DNA of 64,000 nucleotides from Thermoanaerobaculia bacterium (GTDB lineage Bacteria; Acidobacteriota; Thermoanaerobaculia; Multivoradales; UBA5704): NCBI GenBank assembly GCA_045807625.1, contig JBJMHA010000041.1, positions 201,228 to 265,227 of the forward strand, read 5' to 3'. Shown piece by piece: positions 1 to 9,027 of this stretch (position 1 is its first letter; each line of letters starts with the position of its first letter). The notes under the pieces were generated by a model. It saw only the letters and a program-made list of their open reading frames with translations, ran no database searches and was not told where the DNA came from. The position numbers and the translations under genes were made by a program.

Positions 1-59
1 CGTGGTCGCCGACAACGGGGACAACAACGTCCTCGTGATCTGGGGCAGATAGCCGCGGA

Positions 60-668
60 TCAGCTCTCCTGCTCCGTCTCCATCCCCAGCCGCACCAGCA
101 GGTTCTGCATCACCCGCGCGGTCAGCCCCCAGATCTGGCGGTTGCCGACGTGGTAGATGAGGAGGTCGCGGGGGACGCCGTTGAGAAGGACCTCGCGCTC
201 CTCGACCATCCGCGGGTTGGCGAAGGCGGAGAGGGGGAGGGGGAAGACCTCGGCGATCTCGCCCGCGTTCGGCGTGAGCTTGACGGTGTGGGGGATCGCG
301 CCCACGCAGGGGATCACCCGGAAGCCGGCCGGGCTCTCCTGCTCGTCGAGCTCGCCGAGCTTGAGGACGACCTTGGGGTCGAGGCCGATCTCCTCGTGGG
401 CCTCGCGCAGGGCGGCGCCCCAGGGGTCCTCCTTGAGCTCGCGGCCGCCGCCGGGGAAGGCGATCTGGCTGCGGTGGCTCGGCAGGTCGTCCGCGCGCTT
501 GGTGAGGACGGTCCAGAGCTCGCCCGCGTCCACGTAGAGCGGCACCAGCACCGAGGCCGGCCGCGTGTCGCTCGCCGGCAGCCGCCGCGGGGGAGGCGAG
601 GAGAGGCGCCCCCGCACGGCGAGGATCCAACTCTGACGGCCGTTTTCCATGGCTTCACCTTCATCCAC
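60..668 (-). CDS. NUDIX hydrolase, CoA pyrophosphatase-like
   Basis: 202-aa ORF with a Nudix box (FPGG..E....REAHEEIGL). Coding-like composition. Confidence 0.8.
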   Translation of the reverse strand: MDEGEAMENGRQSWILAVRGRLSSPPPRRLPASDTRPASVLVPLYVDAGELWTVLTKRADDLPSHRSQIAFPGGGRELKEDPWGAALREAHEEIGLDPKVVLKLGELDEQESPAGFRVIPCVGAIPHTVKLTPNAGEIAEVFPLPLSAFANPRMVEEREVLLNGVPRDLLIYHVGNRQIWGLTARVMQNLLVRLGMETEQES

Positions 669-916
669 GGTGGGGATAGTAGTACAGGCGTCTTCTACGG
701 GGTACCGTTCCTGCTGTTCCTACTCTTCGGCTGGCATCTGTCTTTGGTGGCAGCTATCCGGCTCCGTCGAGCCTGGGCGGCTCCGCTGTCTCGAGCTCGT
801 CCTGCAGGCTCACCTGGGCGGACAACTCTTCGGGCGAGGAGTATTTCCAGATCGAAGACCGGGAGATCTATCAGAGTGAGTACATCCTCGTGGATTCGGT
901 GAGCGGCAACACGACC

Positions 917-1828
917 TCACCTCGATCCCGCGAGGTTGGCCTGCACCAGGAACGAGAGGATCTGCCGCGCCGTGTCGCGGGAGAAGCCGCGTGGCGGCAG
1001 GGCTCGCTCTAAGAGCGCGTTGCCGGCCAGCAACCGTCGCGCCCGCGGCATCACCATCAGCGCCGCTTCCTCCGGAATGCTCCCCAGCGGATCATGGCCG
1101 AGAGTCAGGGCCTGCAATCTCTCCGCCCCCGGCTCGCGTGCCCAGATCGCCCGCGCCTTGGCTGCCCAGCGCCAATCGGTGCCAAGGAAGCAGACCGGGC
1201 GTTCGGCGAGCAGACGCGTCACCTCTACCCGCTGCCGCGGGTCGAGAGTGACGATGACGCAAGGCTTCTTGAGCCTGGCGGCGCAGCGGCGCACGTCGCT
1301 GGTGTGAAAGGTGGTGGAGACGAGGAGGTCTGCCTGGCGCACGGCCAGCGGCGGCTCGCCACGCAGCCTGTCGATCTCGACCGTCACACTGTCGAGTCCG
1401 AAGCCGGACTGGAGCTCTTGGCAGAGAAAGTCGAGTTGGTCGTCGTTGCATTCGATGCAGGCGGCGCGCAGCCCGAGGGTGTCAAGGCAGTGACGCAGGC
1501 GCTCGGTGACCGCGGCAACCGGCAGCCCGATGGCGAGCTCGTCGAGGATGAGATCGGCGAGGCGATCGCCGAAGCCCGGAAGCCGGCTGCTCCGCGGCGG
1601 GGGTGCTCGGCGGCCGACGTAGATGCCGCCGCGTGGCCGGATCTCGAGAAGGCCATCGCGTTCGAGCCCGCGCAGCGCAGCCACCACCATCCGATAGTCG
1701 GTACCCGCCTCGCGGGCCATCTGGCGTGCGCTCCCGAGCCGGTCGCCTGGGCGAAGCTGGCCCAGGTGCAGCCCGCTCGTGACGCGCTGCCGTACACCCT
1801 CGCGAACGACCTCGCGCCGAATGGCCAT
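917..1828 (-). CDS. GntR-family transcriptional regulator
   Basis: 303 aa starting MAIRREV. N-terminal GntR-type winged HTH (ARQMAREAGTDYRMVVAALRGLERDGLL). Only the last 303 codons of the 840-aa six-frame ORF are plausible; the upstream part overlaps the divergent cytochrome gene. Confidence 0.7.
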   Translation of the reverse strand: MAIRREVVREGVRQRVTSGLHLGQLRPGDRLGSARQMAREAGTDYRMVVAALRGLERDGLLEIRPRGGIYVGRRAPPPRSSRLPGFGDRLADLILDELAIGLPVAAVTERLRHCLDTLGLRAACIECNDDQLDFLCQELQSGFGLDSVTVEIDRLRGEPPLAVRQADLLVSTTFHTSDVRRCAARLKKPCVIVTLDPRQRVEVTRLLAERPVCFLGTDWRWAAKARAIWAREPGAERLQALTLGHDPLGSIPEEAALMVMPRARRLLAGNALLERALPPRGFSRDTARQILSFLVQANLAGSR

Positions 1829-2006
1829 TGTCTCTCGCGGGCGTGTCAGAGCGCCCGCGAAGCCCCTCCTGACACATGACGCTACCACGCTTCTTGCACT
1901 GCTTGCACCAGCATCGAGCAGGGTGACGATCGCATTGCAGCCGCCCTGCATGTGAGGATCTTCAGTAGGACTGAAACCGCTCCCTGCAAGGGACGAGGAG
2001 GAGACA

Positions 2007-3376
2007 TGCGCTCCACGCCGGAGAAGGCTCGCAGATCTTCGTATCAGGTCGTTCTCGTTCTGCTCTTGCTTGTGGTTGTCTGGGCCTGCCTGCCCGGACC
2101 GAAGACCGTGAAGACCAACCCCGCGGTCAACGCGGAGAAGGAGCGGCTCGGTTACGATGCCCGCGTTGAAGCCCACGCCCGGAAGATGCTCGACGAGGGG
2201 CGCGACATCTTCCGCTACGACACGTTCGGCAGCGAGGACTTCTGGGGCGGTCAGCTCCGCCTCCATGAGGCGATCCTCGGCGAGAAGCAGGGAGGCGTCG
2301 GACCGGGCATAACGCCCAAGCAGGCTCTCGAGCTCGGGCTCAAGGTCGACGTCGGCAAGCTCCCCAAGATCCTGGTCTCGGCGTTGCGGGAGACCGCCGT
2401 CAGTCTCGACAACCCGGAGACAACCATCGCTCTGCTGCGGGCCGACTCGGTCGTGGGAATCAAAGGCATTTTCAAGAACGACAAGCTGGTCAGCGTCGGG
2501 ATGGAATGCGCCTTTTGCCACTCGACGGTGGACGACTCCTTTGCCAAGGGAATTGGCAGCCGGCTCGACGGCTGGCCCAACCGCGACCTCAACGTCGGTG
2601 CCATCGCCGCCTCGGCTCCCACGCTGAAGCCGTTCGCTGATCTCCTCGGGGTGAGCGAGGACCAGGTGCGGAAGGTCTTCCTGAGCTGGGGGCCGGGCAA
2701 GTACGATGCGGAGCTCGATCAAGACGGCAAGGCTTTCCGTCCAGACGGCAAGTCGGCGGCCACAGTCCTTCCCGCCGCTTTCGGCCTGGCCGGCGTCAAC
2801 CTCCACACCTACACGGGCTGGGGGTCGGTCACCTACTGGAACGCCTACGTGGCCAACACGCAGATGCACGGCAAGGGGACCTTTTTCGATCCGCGCCTCA
2901 ATGATCGTTCCCAATTTCCGGTGACCGCCAAGGCCGGTTACGCCAACATCCGGAACAACCCCGACCGGGTGACGGCCAAGCTCGCCGCGCTCCACTACTA
3001 TCAGCTTTCGCTCCCGCCAGCCGAGCCGCCGGCGGACTCTTTTGACCATGCGGCGGCCGGCAGGGGCAAGATCCTCTTTGAGGGAAAGGTGCAGTGCAGC
3101 ACCTGCCATGTGCCGCCGCTCTTCGTCGAGCCCGGTTGGTCCATGCACACTGCCGAGGAGCTCGGGATCGACGACTTCCAGGCGAGCCGCTCGCCCGACC
3201 ACCGCTATCGCACGACCCCGCTCAGAGGCCTTTTCGTACGGGCGAAGGGTGGTTTCTATCACGACGGCCGGTTCGCGACTCTCGGAGATGTCGTGAATCA
3301 CTACGATCGGCACCGCCGGCTGCGGCTGGCGCCGGAAGAGAAGAGGGATCTCGTTGAATACCTGAAGTCTCTCTGA
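2007..3376 (+). CDS. di-heme c-type cytochrome (peroxidase-like), secreted
   Basis: Two CxxCH motifs (CAFCHS, CSTCHV). TM/signal segment VVLVLLLLVVVWAC. ATG at 2007 preceded by gaggagga. Divergent from the GntR gene. Confidence 0.65.
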
Positions 3377-3792
3377 TCCTGCTCCATCTTGGGGCGGAGG
3401 GTGGGGGGACCAGGGCGGAGGCCATTGGGTATCTGCCACAGGTCTGGCTCGGCGACACGTTCAAGGTTCTCGGCCACCACGGCCCCGGCACCTATCGCGA
3501 CATCCGCTTCGTGGGGCCGACCGACCGGGACCGGAGCGAGCTCCTGCACCGGGTCGAGTCGGCGGTTGCGGCGGGACCGTGCCCGTAGGAGGGCGGCTTC
3601 GGCGTTCGCCTCCCTGGCAGCACCTGTCCCTGGCACACATTCGCCTACCGTGAAGCCGCCGAAGCTCGTCCCGGCAAGTCCCGCCTTTACGCCTGTCATC
3701 TTTTCTCCGCGGATTCCGATCTCTCTTGTATACGGACGCTGCCGCCCCTCCGGGGCAGGGCAAACATCACTCTCTGAAAAATGAGGAAAGCC

Positions 3793-3930
3793 ATGAAAGA
3801 AAAGATCCGGGTTCAGCCGCTCCCGTTATCTCGCGAGACGATTCGCCAGCTCGACAACGACAGGCTGGTCCACATCAGTGGCGGTTGCGATACGACGTCG
3901 TACACCACCGACCGTGTCATGGCGCAGTGA
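3793..3930 (+). CDS. putative RiPP precursor peptide 1 (GG leader, Thr/Asp-rich core)
   Basis: 45-aa ORF MKEKIRVQPLPLSRETIRQLDNDRLVHISGG|CDTTSYTTDRVMAQ. GAGGA lies 5 nt before the ATG. Below the 60-aa cutoff of the ORF track. Sits 490 bp upstream of the ATP-grasp gene. Confidence 0.5.
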   Translation: MKEKIRVQPLPLSRETIRQLDNDRLVHISGGCDTTSYTTDRVMAQ

Positions 3931-4159
3931 CCAGCCGCTCGGGCTGGGGTGGTGTCACCCGATTCGCGGCGCTACCGCGGGCCTGAGCCTGACGAAGAGG
4001 GTGGCACCTGTTTTCTTGTACTTGTTTTCTTCCGTACCTGGTCCCCGGTACCGGTCCGGGTTCTAAGCCGGCGGCCCGTCTCGCCTGGTACTGCTCGCGG
4101 CACCTCTTCTGGTGGGAGCGTGGTCCTTGAGGCCCCTTCCGGACGAGAAAGGAGTGAGA

Positions 4160-4306
4160 ATGAAGAAGAACGACACTCACACCGGACGAATCCTTGGCCG
4201 CAGGCTGGCCCGGGAGCTGACTCGCAAGGAGCTCGAGAAGGCGACCGGCAGCGTCCAGTGCTGGACCCTGACCGATCCTCCGGACGGCCCGTACCGCGAC
4301 CACTGA
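4160..4306 (+). CDS. putative RiPP precursor peptide 2
   Basis: 48-aa ORF MKKNDTHTGRILGRRLARELTRKELEKATGS|VQCWTLTDPPDGPYRDH. AGGAG lies 8 nt before the ATG. Leader motif LARELTRK parallels LSRETIRQ of peptide 1. Core has T-x-T-D-P-P-D. Confidence 0.5.
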   Translation: MKKNDTHTGRILGRRLARELTRKELEKATGSVQCWTLTDPPDGPYRDH

Positions 4307-4418
4307 CGCACCGCGGTTCGATCCGGTTCCACCCATCTCAAGACCCGGCCCGACCGGCCGGGCCTTTCTCCAACCCCCTTTATGCGTCTTCCGCTCTTCG
4401 AGCCCTGGAGGATGTTGC

Positions 4419-5543
4419 ATGACGCGAGTGTTGATCCCGACCTATCCCGAGGACCTTCACGTCGAGGAAGTGGCCCTGGCGCTGGAGGACCGGGGGCACG
4501 AGGCGGTTCTGTGGTGTGGCACCGACTTTCCCACGCTCCAGACAGGATCGATCGACGTCCGTGGCGGGGAGATGGGCTGGGAGATCTCGGGGCCGGGCCT
4601 GGAGGGAGGGCGTCCGCCGTTCGACGTGGTGTGGATGCGCCGTCCGACGCCGCCGGTTCTCCCCCCGGATCTTCACCCCGGCGACGCGCCCGTGGCGCGG
4701 CGGGAGTGCCGGGACTTTCTCGACGGGCTCTACCATCTGGCCGCGCCGGAGGCCTTCTGGGTGAACCCTCTTGCGACCCGCGCCCGCTCCGAGCTGAAGG
4801 CGGTGCAGCTCCGGGAGGCGGTGCGCGCGGGCCTGGCCGTGCCGCCCACGCTGATGAGCAACGATCCCGCCCGCATCCGGCGGTTCGTGGAGGAGCTCCA
4901 GGGCCGGGCGGTGTACAAGCCATTCTACCCCGCGCAGTGGGAGAGCGAAGACCGGGTGGCGGTCCTCCTGACCAGCGAGGTGAGCGTGGACGATCTGCCC
5001 GAGGACGAGATCCTGCGGCTCACCCCCGGCATCTTCCAGGCCAGGATCGACAAGGCCCACGAGCTGCGGGTGACCGTGATGGGCGACTGCTTCGTGACAG
5101 CCCGGCTGCTCTCGCAGGAGCTGGAAACGACGCGCCTGGACTGGCGGGCCGCGGGGCCTCGCCTCCGGGTGGAGCCGGACCGGTTGCCGCGGGACGTGGA
5201 GGAGGCCTGCCGGCGGCTGATGGGAAACTTGGGGCTCCTCTTCGGCTGCTTCGACTTCATCGTGACGCCGGAGGGGGAGCACGTCTTCCTGGAGGTCAAT
5301 CCCGCCGGCCAGTTTCTGTGGGTCGAGGAGGCCAACCCGGAGCTGCGGCTCCTGGCGCCCTTCGTGGATTTCCTGCTCTCGCGCGATCCCGCCTTCCGCT
5401 GGCAACCGGAAGCGGACACCATCCGCCATGCGGACTACCGCCGGCGGGCCCTGGACCGCATCGCGGCGCTCGGCCCGGTGCACGTGCCGGTGGCGGACGT
5501 GTACATCAGCAGCGATCTGCCCGCGGAGGCCTCTAAGAGATAG
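4419..5543 (+). CDS. ATP-grasp ribosomal peptide maturase (MdnC/MvdD-like)
   Basis: 374 aa. N-terminus MTRVLIPTYPEDLHVEEVALALEDRGHEAVLWCGTDFPT matches, from memory, the microviridin ATP-grasp ligase N-terminus (VLIVT...FPT). ATP-grasp fold features follow. Read-through in both antisense frames is a GC artefact. Confidence 0.75.
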   Translation: MTRVLIPTYPEDLHVEEVALALEDRGHEAVLWCGTDFPTLQTGSIDVRGGEMGWEISGPGLEGGRPPFDVVWMRRPTPPVLPPDLHPGDAPVARRECRDFLDGLYHLAAPEAFWVNPLATRARSELKAVQLREAVRAGLAVPPTLMSNDPARIRRFVEELQGRAVYKPFYPAQWESEDRVAVLLTSEVSVDDLPEDEILRLTPGIFQARIDKAHELRVTVMGDCFVTARLLSQELETTRLDWRAAGPRLRVEPDRLPRDVEEACRRLMGNLGLLFGCFDFIVTPEGEHVFLEVNPAGQFLWVEEANPELRLLAPFVDFLLSRDPAFRWQPEADTIRHADYRRRALDRIAALGPVHVPVADVYISSDLPAEASKR

Positions 5544-5566
5544 CCTCGTTGGCGAGGAGAGGCGCT

Positions 5567-5595
5567 ATTTCCAGCGCGCCTGTTTAGCTTGGATC
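5567..5595 (+). terminator. Rho-independent terminator after the ATP-grasp gene
   Basis: aggcgctatttccagcgcgcc hairpin followed by tgttt. Confidence 0.5.
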
Positions 5596-5620
5596 GGCCT
5601 CTCGGCCGGATTGTCCAGAG

Positions 5621-5752
5621 CATGGACTACTTGTCTCAGCTGTAGATCCGCTCCATTCGGTGACTGAGATTACTTGTCTCAGCCGTAGATCCACTCGACT
5701 CAGTAGCCGAGATCACTCGTCTCGGCGGTAGATCCACTCCATTCACTGCCCG
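5621..5752. repeat. 43-bp tandem direct repeat, about 3 copies
   Basis: gagattacttgtctcagccgtagatccactcgactcagtagcc repeated three times with about 80% identity. Runs directly into two GGCACCTGTT motifs at 5761-5788. Confidence 0.8.
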
Positions 5753-5859
5753 AGATCACTTGGCACCTGTTCTGGCGGCACCTGTTCCGGGCGTCCCTCG
5801 CTCTCCACGCCATCGTCCCCGGGAAATGCGACCGCGCGAACGGATTCCACGGACGCGCC

Positions 5860-6100
5860 CAGCCTTCGCGCCTCAGCGCCCCCACGGAATGCGACACCGT
5901 CCCCGCGAATCGCGTTACGTCCCTCGCGGATCGCGCGACGCAATTCCCTTGCGCTGTGAGGCCCCCCGCGAATTGCGTCACCGTCCCCGCGAATTGCCAC
6001 AGAGGGATTCAGGGATACGTCACCGTCCCCGCGGATCGCGTTACGCAATCCGCGAGGGGCGTAGCGCAATTCGAGAGGGGAGCTCCGCAATTCGCGGGGG
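5860..6100. repeat. degenerate repeat tract based on CCCCGCGAAT(T/C)GCG
   Basis: Five or more direct and inverted copies (gtccccgcgaatcgcg, ccccgcgaattgcg x2, cgcaattcgcggggg). A related motif, gcggattcgcggggg, occurs at 24897. Confidence 0.7.
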
Positions 6101-6231
6101 CGGTATGGCGGAAGCGGAGGGGAGAGGCGGCGGAACGATGCTCCGTGCCGCGAGAAGCGTTCGCCGTCTCTCCGTTCGCCTCCCGTGTGTCTCGAAGACG
6201 GAGCGCCGGGTGGCGAAAGCGGAGGGCGGAA

Positions 6232-6684
6232 TCACGCACCGGATTCCGGCTCACGCGGGACGAGGTTGCGGTATTGCGTAGGGAGGGTCCCCGTACCGTC
6301 CGAGTGAACGGCGATGTAGCCCAGCTCTTTCAGCTCCTGGAGAGTCCGGTACAGAGAGCCGCGATCCGGTTTGTAGCCGAGCGCCTGGCAGACGTCGGAG
6401 AACACGAACGGCTTGGGGAGCCGGGGAAGGGTCGCGAGGACCTCCTCATAGAGCTCGCCGGCCCGCCGCCGCCGTCGCGTGGGAGGCGTGGGCGCGGCGG
6501 GCTGAGGAGGAGCGGGGGGCGTCGGAGCGGGCCGAGGGTCCGCGGGGCCCTCCCCGGACATCATCCGCCAGACCATGTCCAGCGCCCGGAGCTGGGTCTG
6601 ATAGGCGGAATCCACCATCTCCACGAGAGACCGGTGCTGCTCCGCGAGCCGGCGCTTCTGCTCCTCGTACTGTTCGCGTGTCAT
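6232..6684 (-). CDS. hypothetical protein: coiled-coil N-terminus, Pro-rich linker, possible winged-helix C-terminus
   Basis: 150 aa from MTREQYEEQ. Immediately downstream of the two Cys-rich peptide genes on the same strand. Confidence 0.45.
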   Translation of the reverse strand: MTREQYEEQKRRLAEQHRSLVEMVDSAYQTQLRALDMVWRMMSGEGPADPRPAPTPPAPPQPAAPTPPTRRRRRAGELYEEVLATLPRLPKPFVFSDVCQALGYKPDRGSLYRTLQELKELGYIAVHSDGTGTLPTQYRNLVPREPESGA

Positions 6685-6917
6685 GGCAGTGATTGCATCA
6701 CGAGGGGGCGTCGTGCTGCAAGAGGTGCCTCTTTGAGGTGTCCCCAAATTCGCGGAGAAGGCCGGCATGTCAGGAGCGGTGAGCGGCGGATCGCGTGGTG
6801 GCACGGTTCTCCGTCCGCTCAACCGCGAGTTGACAGCTTCTCTTCACAGAGCCTGGCTAGTTGGCGGCCAACGCGTCTGGAATCATCCCGCCCGATTTTT
6901 CGAGCGATTATCCTTTC

Positions 6918-7095
6918 CTACCAGCACACACCGCCGCAAGTATGGGGGCATGAGTACGTGCAGAGCACGCCCGCGCAGCTGTTGCTCTCACAGTAGTAGG
7001 TATCTTCAGGAATGAGGCCGCCGTTCGTTTTTGCCAGATCGAGCTCGAGCACAGTTTCTCGCGAAAGCCGCAGCTTCTTCATACTCTTCTTCATA
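6918..7095 (-). CDS. putative Cys-rich RiPP precursor A (double-Gly leader)
   Basis: 58 aa MKKSMKKLRLSRETVLELDLAKTNGG|LIPEDTYYCESNSCAGVLCTYSCPHTCGGVCW. AGGAG lies 5 nt upstream of the ATG at 7093-7095. Six Cys in the core. LSRET motif shared with peptide 1. Local GC is lower than the surroundings. Confidence 0.55.
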
Positions 7096-7205
7096 CATTC
7101 TCCTCTTAGCAAAGCCGTCAATATTTACGGCTCGGTTCTCTTCCTTCAGTGCAGGCGGAGGTCAGAGGGAGAGATAGCTCTTTGTTTCTCTCCGGGACTC
7201 GACAC

Positions 7206-7442
7206 TTACTCGGCGCACACACAGGACGAGAAGTCTGTGTTCTGACCGCCGCATCCACCCGATGGATACTCTGTGCAACCACAGGCCGACCAATGGCTTG
7301 GCTCGCTGGTGGTGGGCTCACACCATACACAAGCGGAAATCTCGTTGGTGGCTCCCCCACGGATCGCGCTGAGAGAGAGAGGCTCCGAATCGTTTCCCGG
7401 CGAAGCACGAGTTTCTTTATTTTTCTTCTCCTTTCTTAGCAT
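7206..7442 (-). CDS. putative Cys-rich RiPP precursor B (double-Gly leader)
   Basis: 78 aa MLRKEKKNKETRASPGNDSEPLSLSAIRGG|ATNEISACVWCEPTTSEPSHWSACGCTEYPSGGCGGQNTDFSSCVCAE. Seven Cys plus Ser/Thr in the core. AT-rich 5' end. Weak RBS. Confidence 0.45.
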   Translation of the reverse strand: MLRKEKKNKETRASPGNDSEPLSLSAIRGGATNEISACVWCEPTTSEPSHWSACGCTEYPSGGCGGQNTDFSSCVCAE

Positions 7443-7704
7443 GGTGTTCCGGATCGAGGAAAGCGAGCCACCGTCCGGAGCACTCGGTAGCGCTCATGGC
7501 CGGTGGTTGCACGCGACTGAACGGCGTCCTCTCGGGGCCTTCCTCGCAAGCGGCGGACGCCCCTTACTGCCTTACAGATGGTTAAGCGGGTGAACGCTTA
7601 CGCCGTCTGCTGGCTTCAGTCAAGTGCTGGGTGGACAGTTGGGGCGGGGTGGAGGCTCCACCCGCTTTGTAGCAACTCCATGACGAATCGGGTGACACTT
7701 GGTT

Positions 7705-8092
7705 GGGGCACTTGTTCCGGAACGCCTACTCCTTGTTCGTGGCGGCCTACCGTGACGCCGCCGAGAAGCTCCGGACCGGGGTCCGCGACATGGCGTTCCC
7801 GATCGGGAGCTTCCCGCCAGCCTTGCCGTTCGTGGGTGGGTAGACCGGCGAGGCGGCCGGCGTTCTTGGCCTGATGGGAGCCTGGTTCGGCGCTCCGAGG
7901 AGGGGCGGATAGTGGAGGTGTCTTTGGCTGACCTGTTCGGACGCGAATATCGGAAATTTGTGTCGCCAGTTCCGGATGAATTGGGGCCAGGAAGACACCA
8001 GGAGGGTACTTGGAGAGCCGCGTCGGGGCAGGGGAGAGCGGAGAAGAGGGGCTTATCGGGACTCTTCTATGTCTGAGAGGGTGGCACCTGTT
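7705..8092. repeat. ~385-bp repeat unit R1, bounded by GGTGGCACCTGTT-type motifs
   Basis: About 85% identical to 11516-11915. Ends with tctgagagggtggcacctgtt. Abuts the higBA module. Confidence 0.8.
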
Positions 8093-8105
8093 CCTGCAGG
8101 TTTCG

Positions 8106-8393
8106 CTATGCCGCCGCGAGCCGTTTCACTCGGAGAGAATCGCGCTTCTTCTCCGCCCGCCAGAGGTCGTACTGAACCTGCTGGTTGAGCCAACTCTCCG
8201 CCGTGGTGTCGAACGCCAGGGAAAGACGTACTGCCATCTCAGGGCTGATCCCCACTCGCCCGTTGACGATCCCCGAGAGCGTTTTGCGGCTGATGCCCAG
8301 CGCTCTGGCCGCATCGCTGACCGTCAAGCCCAGCGGCTCCAAGCACAGCGACCTCAAGACTTCGCCCGGATGCGGTGGATTGTGCATTTTCAT
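8106..8393 (-). CDS. higA: HigA antitoxin (XRE-family HTH)
   Basis: [46 protein letters not shown] is a classic HigA/VapI signature. Confidence 0.85.
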   Translation of the reverse strand: MKMHNPPHPGEVLRSLCLEPLGLTVSDAARALGISRKTLSGIVNGRVGISPEMAVRLSLAFDTTAESWLNQQVQYDLWRAEKKRDSLRVKRLAAA

Positions 8394-8403
8394 ACTTCGA
8401 GCC

Positions 8404-8634
8404 TCAGTGGTAGTCCTCGTAGTCAACCTCATCGACGTCCTTCCCGATGAACACGAAAGTCACCCGCCAGTTGCCGCTCACACTGACCGCCCACTCATAT
8501 CCCGTGGTTCCGTGGCTACGTTCAGGCGGCCTAGGATCAGGCGAAGTCGATCCGCATGTTGAACCTGGATCTTGGACTTCTTCCCGGCACTGAAGAAAAG
8601 CTCCAAGCCCTTGTGCCGGAACCTGAGAATCGCC
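8404..8634 (-). pseudogene. higB: HigB toxin gene disrupted by internal deletion and frameshift
   Basis: N-terminal part ILRFRHKGLELFFSAGKKSKIQVQHADRLRLILGRLNVATEPRDMS stops at 8478. The C-terminal [29 protein letters not shown] continues in another frame to 8404. The expected PGWRLHPLKGD segment is missing. Confidence 0.65.
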
Positions 8635-9027
8635 ACGCTGCCTAGCGTAACCTGTACCTTCTCAGGTGACAAGGCCGGCTCATATGCGGTGGGGGGAGAT
8701 CGCTAACCGACTCGCTCCTCCTCCCAACAGTACCGAGAGCCGCCAAACTGTGGCTCGGCACGCTTTCCGGAGGTTCAGTGAGGCGACCTGCCTGCTTGGG
8801 TGACACCTGTCTGGGGAGCCGATCGGCCGATCGGCTCCGGCGCCGGCCGATCAGTGCCAAGATCGTGCCGCGAATCGGGTGGCACCTGTTCCCCGGCAGG
8901 GCACCTGTTTCGCGGCCAAGCCGCCGTCGGGCGCGCGCAAAGCCGGGCATCTTCCAAGGATTCGTCAGGAAGGCTTTGTCAGATTGGCTGAGTTGCGCAT
9001 GCGAGGACCGGCCCGCACAGTGGCGGT

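Noticed and set aside
917-3439. 840-aa minus-strand ORF
   Set aside because: Only the last 303 codons (GntR regulator) look real. The upstream 537 codons are antisense to the di-heme cytochrome gene and have junk composition.
4380-5536. Two ~370-aa ORFs (one antisense, one +1 frame) overlapping the ATP-grasp gene
   Set aside because: Low-complexity Arg/Pro/Gly-rich translations typical of off-frame reading in high-GC DNA. The ATP-grasp frame has clear family signatures.
7650-7675. GWRLHPL peptide motif (HigB-like) in ORF 7578-7874
   Set aside because: Arises from a GC-rich palindrome (gcggggtggaggctccacccgc) that looks like a terminator hairpin. Coincidental.
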